The notes beneath the pieces are model-generated. The model was given only the letters and a program-made list of their open reading frames with translations, did no database searches and was not told where the DNA came from. From Balanoglossus misakiensis (taxonomy: Eukaryota > Animalia > Hemichordata), in NCBI GenBank assembly GCA_040954595.2, contig CM082593.2:1831730-1895729 (forward strand): a DNA stretch of 64,000 nt, read 5' to 3'. Both the position numbers and the translations under genes were made by a program. Positions 1-14,894 of the stretch are shown here, in pieces (positions within the stretch are counted from its first letter, which is position 1; every line of letters begins with the position of its first letter).

Positions 1-586
1 ATCTGAGCTCACTGCAGATGTTGGAGGCATTAGAAACCACTTGTCGGATAATGAATGAATGGGCGTACCTTACATTGGCGTTTAAGTATAATGGATTGAG
101 TTACAAAGTTAAACAAAGAACAGTCATTTGTTTAATGATAATGTTTTTCAATAGACAATATGCAAATTACACTGGTCGATCATACTTAAAATGCAACATA
201 TGTTATAAGGTGTACATAACTGTGCAATTTGATTGAGCATTTGGATAAGGGCAAAAAACACCCTTGGTCTTGTTATGATAAATATTCTAAAATGGCTGTT
301 ATCACCTCTGACATGTTTCAGATTGAATCACTTTGAACCTTTTCAAGCCTTATCTGCAAACTTTAGATTACATTGATGGAAATCACAAAGTTTTTGTATA
401 ATTTTATTAAACAGCCAAGGCGGAAGTAACGATGAAAAGTGAACCTGATGAAAAGTGGCATAATTATATTAAGAATCATTATTCATCCCCATTATAATCT
501 ATCTTCTGTGTTTCCATTATAATTTATTGAGAAAAGGTATGAAGTTGCCAATACCAGAACTGTACAGACCAATCAGTTGTGCGTAC

Positions 587-805
587 TTTACCTGTGTCGC
601 GTATTTTTAATCATATGGAAATATTTCTTCATGAAATAGTTTCGTAATAACATACCGAGGTTTACCTGGCTCTCGATTTGTCAAAATGAAAACGATTCTT
701 CATAAAACAAGTTTTGTAATAAGATATCAAGATTTACCTCTGTCTGGTTTTGACAAAAGGAAAATGTTTATTAACAAAAAAAATTCTGTGATAAGATATC
801 GAAGT
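587..805. repeat. Degenerate tandem repeat, 3 units of ~72-74 bp
   Basis: TTTACCT at 587, 661 and 733, each followed by GAAAA..TTCTTCAT-like and (G)TAATAA(G/C)ATA(T/C)C blocks. Confidence 0.65.
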
Positions 806-3800
806 CAGAGATGCATATGCAAAGCTGCGTTAAAACTCCTGCAAAGAACAGCAGCTGTGGTTTCAGGTTTCAAGGCCTAGACTTCCTACAAAAAGGTGTG
901 ATATAATTTAACAAATACACCCCCTTTCATCACCTCGGGCTCTTCGGAGAGACAAAATTTATGACACAGTCGTGTTGAGTTGCCTCGAGAAAAAAAACGA
1001 GTTTGTCCCCAGGATTTTGAAGTTATATTTCCACATGTACATTTCTCAAATAACAAGGTCGCAGGCCGTGAGTACGGGCACATCGTGTTGGTGTAATTTC
1101 CTCTTCGCAAAAGGACATAAAAAGTTACAGCTTTAGCTAAGGATATTTTACAACAATTCTTATCCAGTGGATTACATTTTGAACTGTTCCTGAACACAGA
1201 TAATAATGTATCTAACCATATTTTCTGGATTGCCCATAAAAACCCTCTCCTGAAATCCTTTTTTTTCATTAAATGACACACGCAGAAAAACTTGTCTAAT
1301 ACGATTTTGTCGAGTGACGCAACGAGGTCGATGTTTTGTGAGAACCGAGGGCTTACAGGATGCAGCTTATTTCATTGAAATTAAGATATATGTTAACAGC
1401 GTCAAAGGCAACGAAGGGTGATATTTCATGGCTTTTGGTAATATTATTTTATCGAGGGAATTTTAGAAGCAGACAGGTGACCGCCATTACCGTGCCATAA
1501 TGTACCTTTGAGTCATTATACATCAGACTCCCTTGATTCAAACCTCACAAGATACGGAATACGTTTTACAACAGGTCGCATCGATCTCGATGAAAGCGAA
1601 TGTGCTTGCTGTTTCTAAGAATGCTTTACAGTGTCCGTTCGGCGTTGGGCAATGCGCATTTGAGACCAGCGCGGACGCAGGTCTTAATTGCGCGTTGTAC
1701 TCGTGGGAAGAGTGGAGTGAACGCGGGTAATAAGATATCATCAGATGAAATATTGATGCTATCTTTATTTTGTGCTAGTGGCTCCGTGAAGACTCATCTA
1801 TCAACAGACTTATACATCGCCGAAAACTCTTCCAATAGTTCACAGATATTGTAGGCGTTTTGATATTAACAGATGAGACTTTTTCATCTCTTGTCACTAA
1901 CAAAACTATATGTTTTGGTATTTTTCTGCCTAAGTTAGCCTTTCAATAATATAGGAATTTTAAAGGAGACAAGTTTGATAACTCATGCGGCAGTAAGCCT
2001 TCAGCCAATCGAAGCCATGAACCGACAAGTATAATTAAATTACCATTCAGTTCTGGACATTTATCACCAAAACAAGAAGAAAATTTCCTGAATGCAATTA
2101 CAGAATCACCAAGGTATCTAAGCGCACTTTGATAATGACTTGGAAAAGAATTATTACAATCATAATCGAAGCTATTTTCAGACCAAACGCGCAAATTAGA
2201 ATTTATGTAAGACCTGTCACGTGGCAATGGGCAGGGTATTATGGCAGTAAACATTACCCTCAGTTGAACACAGCGGGGAATTTCCCTTTCTGTGATACAA
2301 TTTCGCAAGTCTGCAAAATCTGCGATTTGATGTAACTATAAGGCTCGAGGTAAAACGCTCCGAATTTTTGTTTTGTATTCACTCTAACGATACACAGACG
2401 GTCGAATTCTGCTGTCTGCATGTTCTACTGATGGAATGCAATCAGCGGAGTTGTTTACGGCAATACTCTCCAAAGTCGGTTTCGCGATAAACACGTTTGC
2501 GTTTAGCTAGATTGCAGTTTCGCCTCGGGTTGAATATTAGGAGTACCCATTCGTTATCTTTCTACCATGAAATCTTTTGCCTTATCTTGAGTTGGTAATC
2601 AAGAAAAGCCAGCGTGCTACGCGAATGGCTAAACTAATAACTGTTAGTTTGGGGAATGAAATAGTTATACAAGGGTAAGCCAGGTAATGATGGACAAAAT
2701 AAGCCAACTGGTATGACTCTATGGAAGAAGCTTCTTTATAACCACAGTCTGAGCAACAAACCCATCAAATATGACATCATCAAGCATATGCAAAATTCTA
2801 AACTGAAATCTCTGCTAGAATAAGGAACCCCCCCCCCCAACTAAACACTGCTTCATATTTACATTAAAGTCATTTTAAAAAGGTCTTGGTGTTGTAATTA
2901 TGACATCTTTCCAAATTCTGAAGTCTACTGATGTCAGAGTAAAACAACGCCTGTGTAAATGCCAACTGTAATTCTTTTCTCGTTATTTTCATGATTTTAC
3001 TTTGAAATTACAGTTCGTGTCAATGCTTCTACCGAGTCGTGTGTATGAAAGTATTATTAACCACTAACCCGATTGCATTTACAAGTTCGAACAATAAATA
3101 ATAAACGGTTGCCACACGCAAACATGGCCGCCTCCGTGCAAATCATGCCAAACGTTCATTCACCCAATAATGAAATTCTTTCATTTTTTCTCCCTAATAT
3201 GAAACTTCCTCAACAGCTGCGTAATTTTTAAGAATCTCATTTTCGCACGAACACCTGATAATACACTTATTATCAAAACTTATATATACTAGCTGATAGA
3301 TTTGATATCATGATAAAGTTTTCAACTTACGCGACAGGATTCCTCTGCAACGCACCAATGAAAGGCAAAGTGGGACAGACAGGGCACGAGAAAATTCCTC
3401 CGACAAAAAAACACGAATCGGCTGAGACTTGTCAAATCCTTGATCACCGTCAAAGCTGAGATGTACACCTCTAGGAAGACAACACGTCTGCCTTGATTGG
3501 TATGCAGTTCGCACATACAATCCGGACACTGCTGCAAAGCGATAACGACTTAACAACACAGATTCGTTGTTCTACAAACAAGCGTCCTTGTCATCAATGT
3601 TCCAAGCGACATCCGCCCAGCCCAGACGTCTCATCACCTAACACTCCAGCTTCATGGCTGACGACACGTATGTCGTGTGCATGTGAATCGGAAGTTTGCA
3701 AAGTCGCTGGTCGATTTTTCCTCGGAATATCGTGCAGTCTCGTTGGTTTGAAGAACAATGATGTGGAAATAGATGTTAAAATCTGTTAAACTCTAAGCGA

Positions 3801-4522
3801 GGCTACATTACTGATATATGTAATATGCGTGCACCTTTGGTGACGTCAATGCAAATGCCCAATATATTCTGCCATGACATGTCTACAGTCAGATACTGAA
3901 AAGTATTAAAATACAAAGATTATGCCTAACCTGATTTGAATAAACGACTATTAGTAATAAAACCAATACTTCAATAAAACCGTATTTTATCGGTTTATTT
4001 AATCTCGCTCAGATGCTGAAGTTCAAATGGCAAAGGAACAAATATTAGTGTCTTTTACTTTAACATTGCTTTCACTTTCTTCGATCACTGATACAGGCTT
4101 ACACGTGTACGATGGTAACTTAAGAGAAAGACAGACGGACACCTTATCAAAATACTAATAAACACACGTTACTTTTGGAAAGACCGGTAATGAAGTCACG
4201 TTCGTGCGAAACGTTGAACGTTACAGCAGTAATAAACATAAACACTGCAAGCTGACCACATCACACCTACGCATAGGTGCACTGATTACATGCTCATTAG
4301 AAAATTAAGGTGGAGACTCAAATTCCCACTTTCAAATCACCAAATGGCCTTATTTCCAATTACTTGTAAAGAGTCTTTAATTGAAATATATTTTCCGTCT
4401 GCCTTGCTGAGCCACAAAACATATATACTCCTTTGTAGAAAATAATAATCAATTGCAAATGTGTTATTCCCGTATATACGTGTGATGCATCATTTACACT
4501 GTGTATCGCAATTGTTGAGCAT

Positions 4523-4625
4523 CGTTCATTCATTCTTTCACTCACTCACTCACTCACTCACTCACTCACTCACTCACTGGCGAATGAATGAATGAATGAA
4601 TGAATGGATATTCGTTCGTTCAACG
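4523..4625. repeat. Compound microsatellite (TTCA/CTCA)n followed by (GAAT)n
   Basis: Directly visible tetranucleotide runs. Confidence 0.9.
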
Positions 4626-7600
4626 TTCCTCCACTCAGTTATTAAGCCAGACAGCCAATCACTTCTTATATTTGTTTGAAGTCTGACGTCTTAATTTTCC
4701 GGTCTGATGGTTAGTTCTCACATATTTTTATGGGTCAGATGAAGTTGGGTTGATCGTTACTGATAAATCTCTATGACCAATATATTTCTTCATCAATTCA
4801 TAACGGCAATAGTTTGGATAATCGAAAGCAAACTGAAGCAATCAATCCCGGATCGCTTACAACTTGGAAACGTTCTTGTGTCCGTTATCTGTCGGATGAA
4901 TGCATGGAAAATTATTCCAATCAAGCCCTTATTCTTACAGAATGGCAAGGAATAAGAGGTCACTGAGGACGTATTGATAAAATTACTGCTAGAGGTGAAA
5001 TAGTTGTGTTCAACACCCCGGGTGTCTAATCTAATTGAAGACCACACCACCAGCAATGAACCAATACGCTCCCAAGTATCTCTTTCAAATATTGATAAAT
5101 TAAAGAGAGCCCATAGGCAGAGGCCTAAATAAAATCATAAATCTTTCATTACACGTACCATATTAAGCCATCCGTAACACTAGCTTTGAAGCTTTGAAAA
5201 CTACTGTGATGAATTTAACCCCGGGTATGATGTCAATAGAGAATTGAGGTGAGGCTGTGACCCCGACCAGTGAGGCAATTAAACGCTCAGTGCGTTGCAG
5301 TATGGTGTTATCATTTATGATGCCAGTGTCAGCAAAATCAAATCTTTTGTGCGTCGACTTCAAAGATGAAAGCTCAACATGTGATCCTCGCTTGGGTAAT
5401 TCAACCGCCAATAAGCTGCACTCGCCAATTTAGAGAAAACATCTGCATTGCTTTGTTCTGGCGATTGGTTTTATTAAATCGAAAATGGGTAGCCATGTTG
5501 AAATTTTAATAATCTACACTTAATTCCTGGAAAAAACTGGGACTATTCTGGCCTATACATGTAGTTCTCATCATGACACTATTTGAAAAACTATCATCTT
5601 TTAGAAGTAAAAGCTGCAAGGGAAATAGTCAAGCGCTATGTGCATGATTTAAGATAATTGTCCACATTTCAACCAATTATCCAATTATCCCCAAAATAGT
5701 TCTGCTCTTCTCAATATTTACCCAACTGACAAGTTGAATCCTCGTTGAAACAAGTCGCAAACAATTGAAGTGGAATTGACATTCAGGTCTGTGAAATGAC
5801 TAATCATTAGCACATGCCGCCCCAATTCAGAGTAGTGCCTCGAGCAATGCTTAAGAGCCAGAAACGTTGATTGTATGTTTTGCTTTCTTCTGATTGCAGA
5901 CAACTTTCGTGTCACAGTTTAAACCCAGCTGGGAATTAACTTATGTAAGACGTCATGTTAAGTGTCTACAGGGCCTTTTATCAATATTACTTTTTCATGT
6001 ACGTAATCACTTATATTAATCTATGGTGTTAAGTCATGGTGATCGTTAAGCCAATGTCTCTCAAAGAAAAGTGACGTCACAAAAATCTAGTTGATAAATA
6101 CAGGCTTGTAACAAAGATAATGAAAGTGAACAAAATTGTCTATGTTTAAGGAGGCCAAAACACGCGCCAAGAATGGCATTTTCTGTTGATTTTCCAGAAA
6201 GCAACATTGGCTCCTTTTGGCATGGTGTTGATAAAATCTTAAAACTAAGTTCAGAAATCACATATCGTTTTTCATTGAAGCGAGGTGTATGGCTTACGGT
6301 AAGAAAACTATTCGTTGCCACAGTGCTACGGATAAACCGTTTACTTGCAAGAATAATATGGAAAACCTATCTCCCTACAGTATCAATTTTTAACTGGGTG
6401 TACGAATTACTCTGTGCATTACTTTTTCATCGCTATCAATCTCCATATTTAATATTTTATGGGCATTTTTCATGCCAAGCCATCCACCGGGTCATCAATC
6501 ATAAATGAATATGAAACACCCAAGATATATTTTAAGGTTTAAACGTCTTCATTTGCCAAAAGAAGATTGTCCCTTTAAGCGCTGGTGACCGAAATATTGA
6601 AGGAAGATAGATTGTCTGTGTATTAATTGGATTTTGACTCAGATGATTTGATTGTGGTAATGAATGTTTAAAAACCAAAGAACTTATACGTGTTAGAAAA
6701 AGAATTTATCTGACATGTTTCGCGCCATGAATATGACAAAGAGTGGCTTTGATGTCTTCGATGTGTGGACATCCCTTTAGCGAGATTACTACAAAAGACG
6801 CGATGCATGTATACCCAATACTTTAGTAAGTGACAACCAGACCTTCTAAATGTTATTTATTTAGTGTGATAGCAGGTGGAGTTATAACTGGACAAGCCAA
6901 AACTGGCAATGATGCTGATAAAGTATTAAATACATCATTTATTTTGGCCTTTGTTTTACCTTCTAAACTTTACTTTGGCTGGAATGTTTAAAAGGAGTCG
7001 TGGTCGTGTCACCAAGCCACGCTAGACTAATTTAAACCAACCTTGTAGTATTACAGTACATCAACGACATCATCGTTTTACCAGGAGTTCATAAAAACCG
7101 TATCAGTGACCCTGTTTTGGACTGGGTGCACATGTACCGGTACTGTCATAGAAAAAATAACAGTTTATCTCAGAAATGTGATATCCAGCTTGGAATATTA
7201 TAAGATTTAAGCGACATGAACCTAGCACATCAAACGATTAAATGCATTTAAAAATTTACCTGAAGAATTAAGAACCTGAAACGTCACAGTTGATGAGCAT
7301 TACTGTTATTCACACCAAAACAGTACTTGGGGGACGATTTGTATAGTTAATCGCACGAGTACATGTGCTGTTTACAAGTTCTAAACATCTCACTTATGGT
7401 CAGGAACTTAAACCAGGATAAACATCTCAATTGATCTTGTCTAAAATTGGAAATTTACTGTCAAGAATTGTGTCGACTTTGATTTGAATACCCACAATGG
7501 GATGGGGTGACCCATAGCTTGCAGCGGTCATTTAAGCACCTGGTATAGTAGTTTGGGAGATTGACCTATCGCAGACAAGTAGGAGAAGGGTTCCAGTCAA

Positions 7601-10600
7601 TTCTAATCTGCATGTGAATAAAGGCAACAGAGACATGCATGTACCACCTGTGTAGAAGGAAACTGTAAGTTTTAATCTGATTGGTCAAGTACATGGCTCG
7701 CTCTGCTTTGTTTTATTTGCTATTGGTCAGCAAGAAGATGTTTATCTATATATGCATGAGATATTGGTCGATAGTGGTAGTTTTTGCATATTTAGATTAA
7801 GGTCTAGTCACATGGATGGCCTGCCACGCCATTTTCGTGGTTGCCACTGGTCAGGATGGACCATGTCAACTTCTCTGATATTTCTGATACCGGCTACGAT
7901 ATTGCGTTACTACAATACTGGCGATGTTATTTCTGTAGGAAAGGCGATTCATGTTTGGTACATGTACCAGCTATGCCGGTGAGATTTAAGAATTATTTGT
8001 GAGTGCGATTTCGCATTTTTTAAAGCGCTTGGGACACGGCAGCAAATGTTAATCGAAAACATACCATCGCACTTTGTGTGGACATGAAGCATAATATTAA
8101 TTCAAGGCATTCGACTTGTCCTCGGGCGATGGTAAAACGGATGTTTCAGTTACCCTGTATGTACCATGACAATTATTCAAAAAGGCCCCTCGGGTCTTGT
8201 AAAGAGTTTACATTGTGGTTTTCAAGTGATCTGTAGGCCCCAAGAATTAACAGTCACATCTGTAGTAATCTCTAGCCAATGTAAAGTATGTGACGCAACT
8301 TTCAATGCTGTTTTCACATTTGGATGCAAACAATCACTCGATTTAATCCTGTTAATCAATGGTTGATGATAATTTACCTTTCCCTCGTCGCATATAAGTT
8401 GGAACCCATGCCTGAGTTGACAGTGTAATTATTTCCAAATTACAAGCAAGGCTCGATCGGTCGGAAATGGCCGCGTTGCGTCCGTCGAAAAATGCGATTT
8501 GAGCATGTGTGAATGTCGACGGTAGCATCAGTCTAAAATTTACAAAAAACACAGACGTTTGAAAATATGATGTTGACATTTGTTTATTTAAAAGATGTGG
8601 GGTTTCACCTCATATGGATGGTCTTCACGGTTAATGGACCGTGAAAGATTAACTTGCGATATTACAGTAATATTCTTGGGGGGAAACGGTTTTTATGACT
8701 GAAAATAAGAAGTGAGTCACGACATTCGTGATCCAAGGGTGAAGATCATCGCTATCAAATTAAGTTGAGAGAATCTTCAGTGTGTCGACAGGATAAACAA
8801 AAGAGTAATTGCCTTCTACTAAATGCCCCCGGCTTACAAAGACGATAATTTATAAAAACACAGGTCACGGTAAGACAAGGGTGGACAGAGAGAATGCGAC
8901 CAGAATCGATATTTTAGTCATAGATTCACATGATCCGGTCTGTTTAAGAGCGGATTAGACTAGAGCATTGATAAATGTCATTTTATTTAAACCTCTTGAT
9001 CATGATGTAATTAGAATAAGCTGTTCCGCTTTGGCGCCTTGTTGGTTTACACGTTATTTTGTAGAAAGTTGTACTAGTTGGCTAACCGCGAAAGTAACAG
9101 TTTTATGACGAAAACTTGAGACGATGAACACTATATTTTCTTTTCTTAATTTAAAAAGGACTCCTCGTGCACTTTCATATACTAAAGAATCAAAAAGGTT
9201 TGGAGAACTATTTTCTTTTTCTGAAAAGCTGTAACCGAGGCTCGGTGTACCTTAATGCACATAGTGTATACATATGCATTTCAAGAAGACCCTTGGGTAT
9301 TCTTAATTTATTTAAGCATAGATAAACATGGATAAATACGTTAAATAATCGTTAAATTGATTAGTACATCAAATGCGAATATTGTTTTCCGCCTTGATTG
9401 AGTCAGTGTTGAATGCACGAAGCCCGGATTGATATAGTCCTGCAGGTTTCTTCATCGCGCGGGAGTTCTAGTTGCTGTTGGGGTTTGAGCGATAAAGTAC
9501 AAGTGAATCATAAGAGGACGGTACACAGATAAAGGTTAGGAGCTTTTGCCTATAGACTGGGATACTCTCAAGGTACAAAATATAATAAATAAGATAGGAG
9601 GAATTCTATTAAAGATTTAATACTATTGAAACCAGTCTAATGTCTCCGTGACATGATACAGTGTGCTATACGCTTTCACGTATTCGTCATGCATTGTAAT
9701 CGTCATGCATTGTAAATCGATAATAAAAAGATAATGGCTTTGCTAAATGTTGAATTCATATGGCTTTTCGCGTAACACTTATTGCCAGAACTGCATTGTA
9801 TCTCCGGCCTGGGGCAAACTGATCCAGCATCGAGACGGTTTCAATATGAGTTTGGCATCATGGTAAAGTACGCTTTAAGTTAGGCAATAAAAACCTTAGT
9901 TACGTCATTGTATGTTGAGTTGATTTGGCGTGGGCTGATGTACATCATGTGTTATTGAAAAATCACGTATGCATTGAGGACTAAAACGTACACATGCAAA
10001 CAGCGATATTTCAAGCACGTGTTTTTGACTAGGTTCAGCGTAAGTTAATACTGTACGTTTAGACTATCCCGTGATGCGTATTCAAATAGCAACACACGAA
10101 GCCCGTTCTTCTGTGATATTTAAAATAAAAACATTAATTGTGTTGCCTTCTCAGTTACGTTCAGCCAAATGCGTGCGGGGGAGGGGCCTATAATTTCGTT
10201 GCTGTACTGTTGTCGTAGTTCTGGCCAAGTGGTGCAGAGCTATTAAATTCAGCAACTTGATAAATTTATAGGTTCGGGTTTGTGACTGTTAAAACTTATG
10301 GGGAGGTCGATTGAACTTATCATTAGATTTAGAGAGTCGGTCCAATTGATCCCATGCCAGCAGATCTGACAGGCCATCGATGGTTCAATGAATTGTTCGA
10401 TTGATTTCATTGATGATTGATCTGTGTGGGGATTAATTAATCGACTGACTGATCCATTCATTGATTTGTTAATTGTTTCAACGGGTCGGCATTAGAGTCT
10501 TTGGCGTGTAAAGTGTCTAGACTTATAATGCCACCCCCAATGCCTGAATGATAAACTATCGAAATGTTTGATTTCAGGCTTCGCTAAGTCCAATCTCTCA

Positions 10601-12329
10601 GCTGAATGAATCAAGGGTCATCAGAACGACCCTTCTTCTCTTGTGAATTCAGTGCCGACAACATAAACATAGCACGCGACTAGACAGGGCTAACACAGAT
10701 AAGGGAAGACACCGGCAGTCTCACAGTGACGTCACGCTGTTTTACCAAGTGGTGCCGATTCATTGACACATTTCTTAGAAATAAACTTAGGATGGGTATG
10801 ACATGTTCTGTCTGTCTGCCTGTGTTTATTACATTACAATTTCGGCTTAATATTAAGCCGAAGTTGTCTGTACATTGATAACCAGACCACCAGCATTTGA
10901 TGATGTTTCATGTTTGCCTCCAATGCATCACAAACTCGGAAGCTTTACGGAAATATCAAAGGTTGTCTAGTCTGAGGTTTACCCCTGATTCATTATTTAG
11001 GTCCCCGTGTGTCGGACGCAAAGGAAGCTTACGTTTGATTCCATTTTGTCTCAATTTCGCACCTTCCGGTAATCGATTCTTGCTGTACGTGTGCAACATG
11101 GTTTTGTTGTTTAGCAGAGTAGTGGCAATTTTATTAGAGTTTGCATTTTCGAGAAAGGAGCGTCCTTTATTCATTGCCTGACCCTCCCCCGTTTTTGTTG
11201 ATGTGACATAATGGAAGTTGGTGCAGAAATAAAGTTTGGAGTTACCGAAATCGTTGACACAAGATTAAGTAGCAGCCGTTGCATGCAATGCATGCTGGCT
11301 CTTTCCGTCGCTTCTGCTACAGATATGCCGACCTTTGAACTAACCATACCACGTCAATCGGTCAGTCACCCTAATTATAGAAATATGTGTAAAGTTATTG
11401 AATGTGTGAAACATATGTGATGGAGGTCTAGTCACGAAAAAACAAATCGGGCTGCTGAAAGTCTTGAGACGTTTGAAAAGCAAACACCAGTGGCCACCAT
11501 GAAATCACTTCCACTCAAGCGTGGGTGCATGTTTGACTCCGTAATATAGAAATTGCATTTTCTGAAGACAAAATCACGGTGTACGGGTTTTCAATTTAAA
11601 GAATCATTTGATGAACTGGAAATTATGTAAGAGTGTTTACGCCTCTGGGTGCCATATGTGAACTGGAAATATGTAAAATAATACCGATGGAATTAAATCA
11701 TAGGCCGCTGTAACTGTAGCTCTAGGGACTTACATGGATGGAATGTTTCAATTATGAAATAATAAAGATTGGTTGGAAACAGAGTAAAGTCGCTGAACAT
11801 GTTTTCTGGACCGTGATTTGGCACTCACATCCTAAATATTTAGACCAAAACTGACAGGATGTCGATTATATGTTAAAATGTTGGGGGTGCGCGCTAAATA
11901 ATTACAAGAGTAACTGGCGGTTTTACGCACCAAATATGACACCTCTCAAAATTCTGACATCATTTAGTTGACCCACACGCACAGATCTCGACACTCACTT
12001 CATTACGTGTGAGATTAGGAAACCACAATTTGCACCATATTGCCACCGTCTGTCAAAATATAACCAAAATATACAAACAATCAGTGGTCGAATAAATATT
12101 TGAATTTCATCATTTCGTTCATTCATGTGTGTTCTCGTGATGAATGTGCTGAGATTACAAGCTGGTGGCAATGATTGTGAAAAAATAGGTTAGATTATGG
12201 GCATTGCGACGACTTGTATTATAGCAAAGCTGACGGATCTTTGAAATTTTCACATCAATCATCATAAGAGACGAGGTTGTTTTGGTCGTTGGAACAGTAT
12301 TAAATTTGGTAATTTAAACATTGAGCAAA

Positions 12330-12580
12330 TTTAACAGATTGTTAGTCTGTCTGATAACATACAATTTCAAGAAAAGGCTAAACGGATTCAAGTTGAATTT
12401 GATACACATGCACAGCTTTGAAATGACAAGAATTGACTTGGGTTTGGTGAGCGTGACTTGCATATTGATGAAGTTATCAAAAGTCGAAACTTTCTGATAA
12501 TTTGCATATTTAACACATCTGTGCACTAATTACTCTACCGCACCAAATTTCATGAAACATGCTATAGATATTTAGTTCTC
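12330..12580. repeat. Probable interspersed repeat fragment
   Basis: GTCTGTCTG..AACGGATT..GGGTTTGGTGAGCGTGACTTGCATATT..AATTTGCATATTT..ACCAAATTTCATG motif string, typical in style of non-autonomous repeats. No second copy is verified in this window. Confidence 0.3.
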
Positions 12581-13089
12581 TTATTTACTATGTAGATATA
12601 CTCATTGAACGCGTGCATGTTCCCATGGCAACACGAGTGAAAGTAGGCATTCGACAGCAACACCTGGCACCAGCATTCACATAAAACCCTGAGTATTTGT
12701 TAATGGTGTATAAACTGTGTCGTGTTCTTCACAGTACTTTCGACTTGGCTTAGATGAGCGAAATTGAAAATCCCTCACTTACTGATAATTGATGGATTTT
12801 CAGTTACACCATATATTACTTCATTCCACCTGCATTTATCTTATCATATTTTCCGGTAGAGACGATGTAATCGTCCAGTACATCACAGCTACAGTTACTT
12901 GCAAATCCGGCACTTACTGTCACGTGACATGTTTCGCGCCGAAGGTCATTTCAAGATCATGAAGATCTTTGAAGTTTTCCTTGTCAACACATACGGTACA
13001 TTGTAAGCCTAAATAGGTGCTATCTGTTCTGTGGTATATAACGATATCCCGGCCAAAATAAAAGAACGCACTCTTCAGAAAAGTTCATT

Positions 13090-13450
13090 TTAATTTTGCC
13101 TCTTGTCTTGAAAGTTGAGGAAGAAAGAGATTCAGAGAGATTCAGCATCTTGGGTTGAAAGCCATCCATGCCAACCGCTGTTAGATAATATTGACGCACC
13201 GCAGTATTGCTGGAAATTTTCCAAGGATGCCATCGAAACATCCGCTACACTGCTTTGTTTACTCCTGTGTGGCAGCTATAGGACAAAACCACCTGTCTTA
13301 TTCTTTAATTGGTCTGTCGAAGGATAGTGTTACCTGGACGAGGAGTATCTTTCCAGGGTTAGGAAGATTAATGAGGATTCCGCTGGCTGGCGAACGACAT
13401 GCTAGCTGGGGCAAGACAACTATTAAACTCCTGGCCTCAACACTCAGACA
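13090..13450 (-). mobile_element. Possible LINE (CR1/L2/RTE-like) 3' end remnant
   Basis: The minus strand gives a frameshifted AW(N)GL.P..LNLSESLSSSTFKTR, resembling the WN.LP....SL.TFK terminus of LINE RT ORFs. Weak evidence. Confidence 0.25.
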
Positions 13451-14888
13451 CACTGGGCCAAACAACTATGTATGTAATCGTGAGGTCTAGCTTGAAAGTA
13501 TTTGCAATTCTGTCCACAAAATAAGTTTTGAAAACCCCACACAGTTGGCTTCGAAATATAAAATGAAATGTAGTTCGAAGTGTTTCCAACGTCATACGAC
13601 GACCAACAGAGGGCGGGCGTCCATGAGCTCATCATTATGTTCATTGGACAACTCAGACTTGAGTCCAATTTCGTTTGAAGAGATAGCGCAGTTCTTGCTC
13701 GGAACTGACCTTTAAAGTGTATTCACATATGGGTGCCACATAGGTTCAACTTATTGCAACTTTACATAACTTGTCGAATCTAAATTGGACGGGCCATCTG
13801 CTTCCCTTTCTTGTTGTTAATACTGATTCAGTAAATATTTTTGTGATCCAAGCCTTGTGGAACAGAAATACCAAAGATTTCGTCCGGATCAATATGGGTT
13901 TAAACTTAGTAACATCTCAGCATGTTGCCACGAGATGGACACTAATTTACTAAAAATAAACAAAAGTTGAACGGTCCAAATTCCTCTAATAAGTCCCGAG
14001 AGAATACATCCCTTCTCATGTTCCACTGCCGTAATCTCGATAACATAAGCGGGTATCGCTAATTGAATCTCTAGATTCAGATACAGATCAAGATAACAAC
14101 GGAAACGTCAACATGTCGCAACATCTGGTCACATCTGGTTGATATCCCAACCAGACGTTTCTGACATCACTCTTGAGGCGTTCGCAGTAAATAAGTTGTC
14201 TGAAGCAACTCTGCGCCAATACTGTTGTGTGCTGGGTCATGGGGTTATACTTCGCGATCAAAGACGCCCTTAAACTAACCAGCACATTATTTCACACTTT
14301 TCTCACCGTTCACAATATCTTTTTTAGTCCACATTTTGACTGATAGCAAAGTTTTGTCAGTTACTAACTATAACTCATTCCAGTTCAAAAAATGACAAAT
14401 CCCTGACTTTGTAAATTTTGCTCAAACGTTTTGATCGCAATATCAGAAAACCTTACCTTTAAGTAATTACAATTACTGTCATGCCATATATTCTTCACTC
14501 TGTTCAAAACCAATATGAACTGCAGACAGAACCATTGGAGGGGTCATCATCACTGCTGCTGTGCGCCCTTACAACTGTCCAGTCTGCCCGCAACACCAAA
14601 TCAATTAAGACTGTGTTGGGACCAGCTCTTTCTATCCAAATGTGTCTACCATCGATGATACGACGTGATAATGCAGTCCATATATTTGGTATCATGTCTG
14701 TCAAGCATTCTTCGCATTTATGAAAACAATCATCTCCGATCATTCACTGCTGCCAGGGCTGTTTTATGTGGTTTTCAAATTCCATATTGTTTACGTTGGT
14801 AGGTAGTTGGGTGGGTAGAATAGGTGTATGTTGTGAGTGCATATTAATTTCGACTTCAAACTTAGAGGCATCTTGTATAAGAAACGTA

Positions 14889-14894
14889 TTTATT
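14889..14894 (-). terminator. Candidate SLC4A11-like polyadenylation signal
   Basis: TTTATT (AATAAA on minus) at the end of an AT-rich ~1.2-kb putative 3'UTR. Alternatives exist nearby (e.g. ~15042). Confidence 0.35.
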
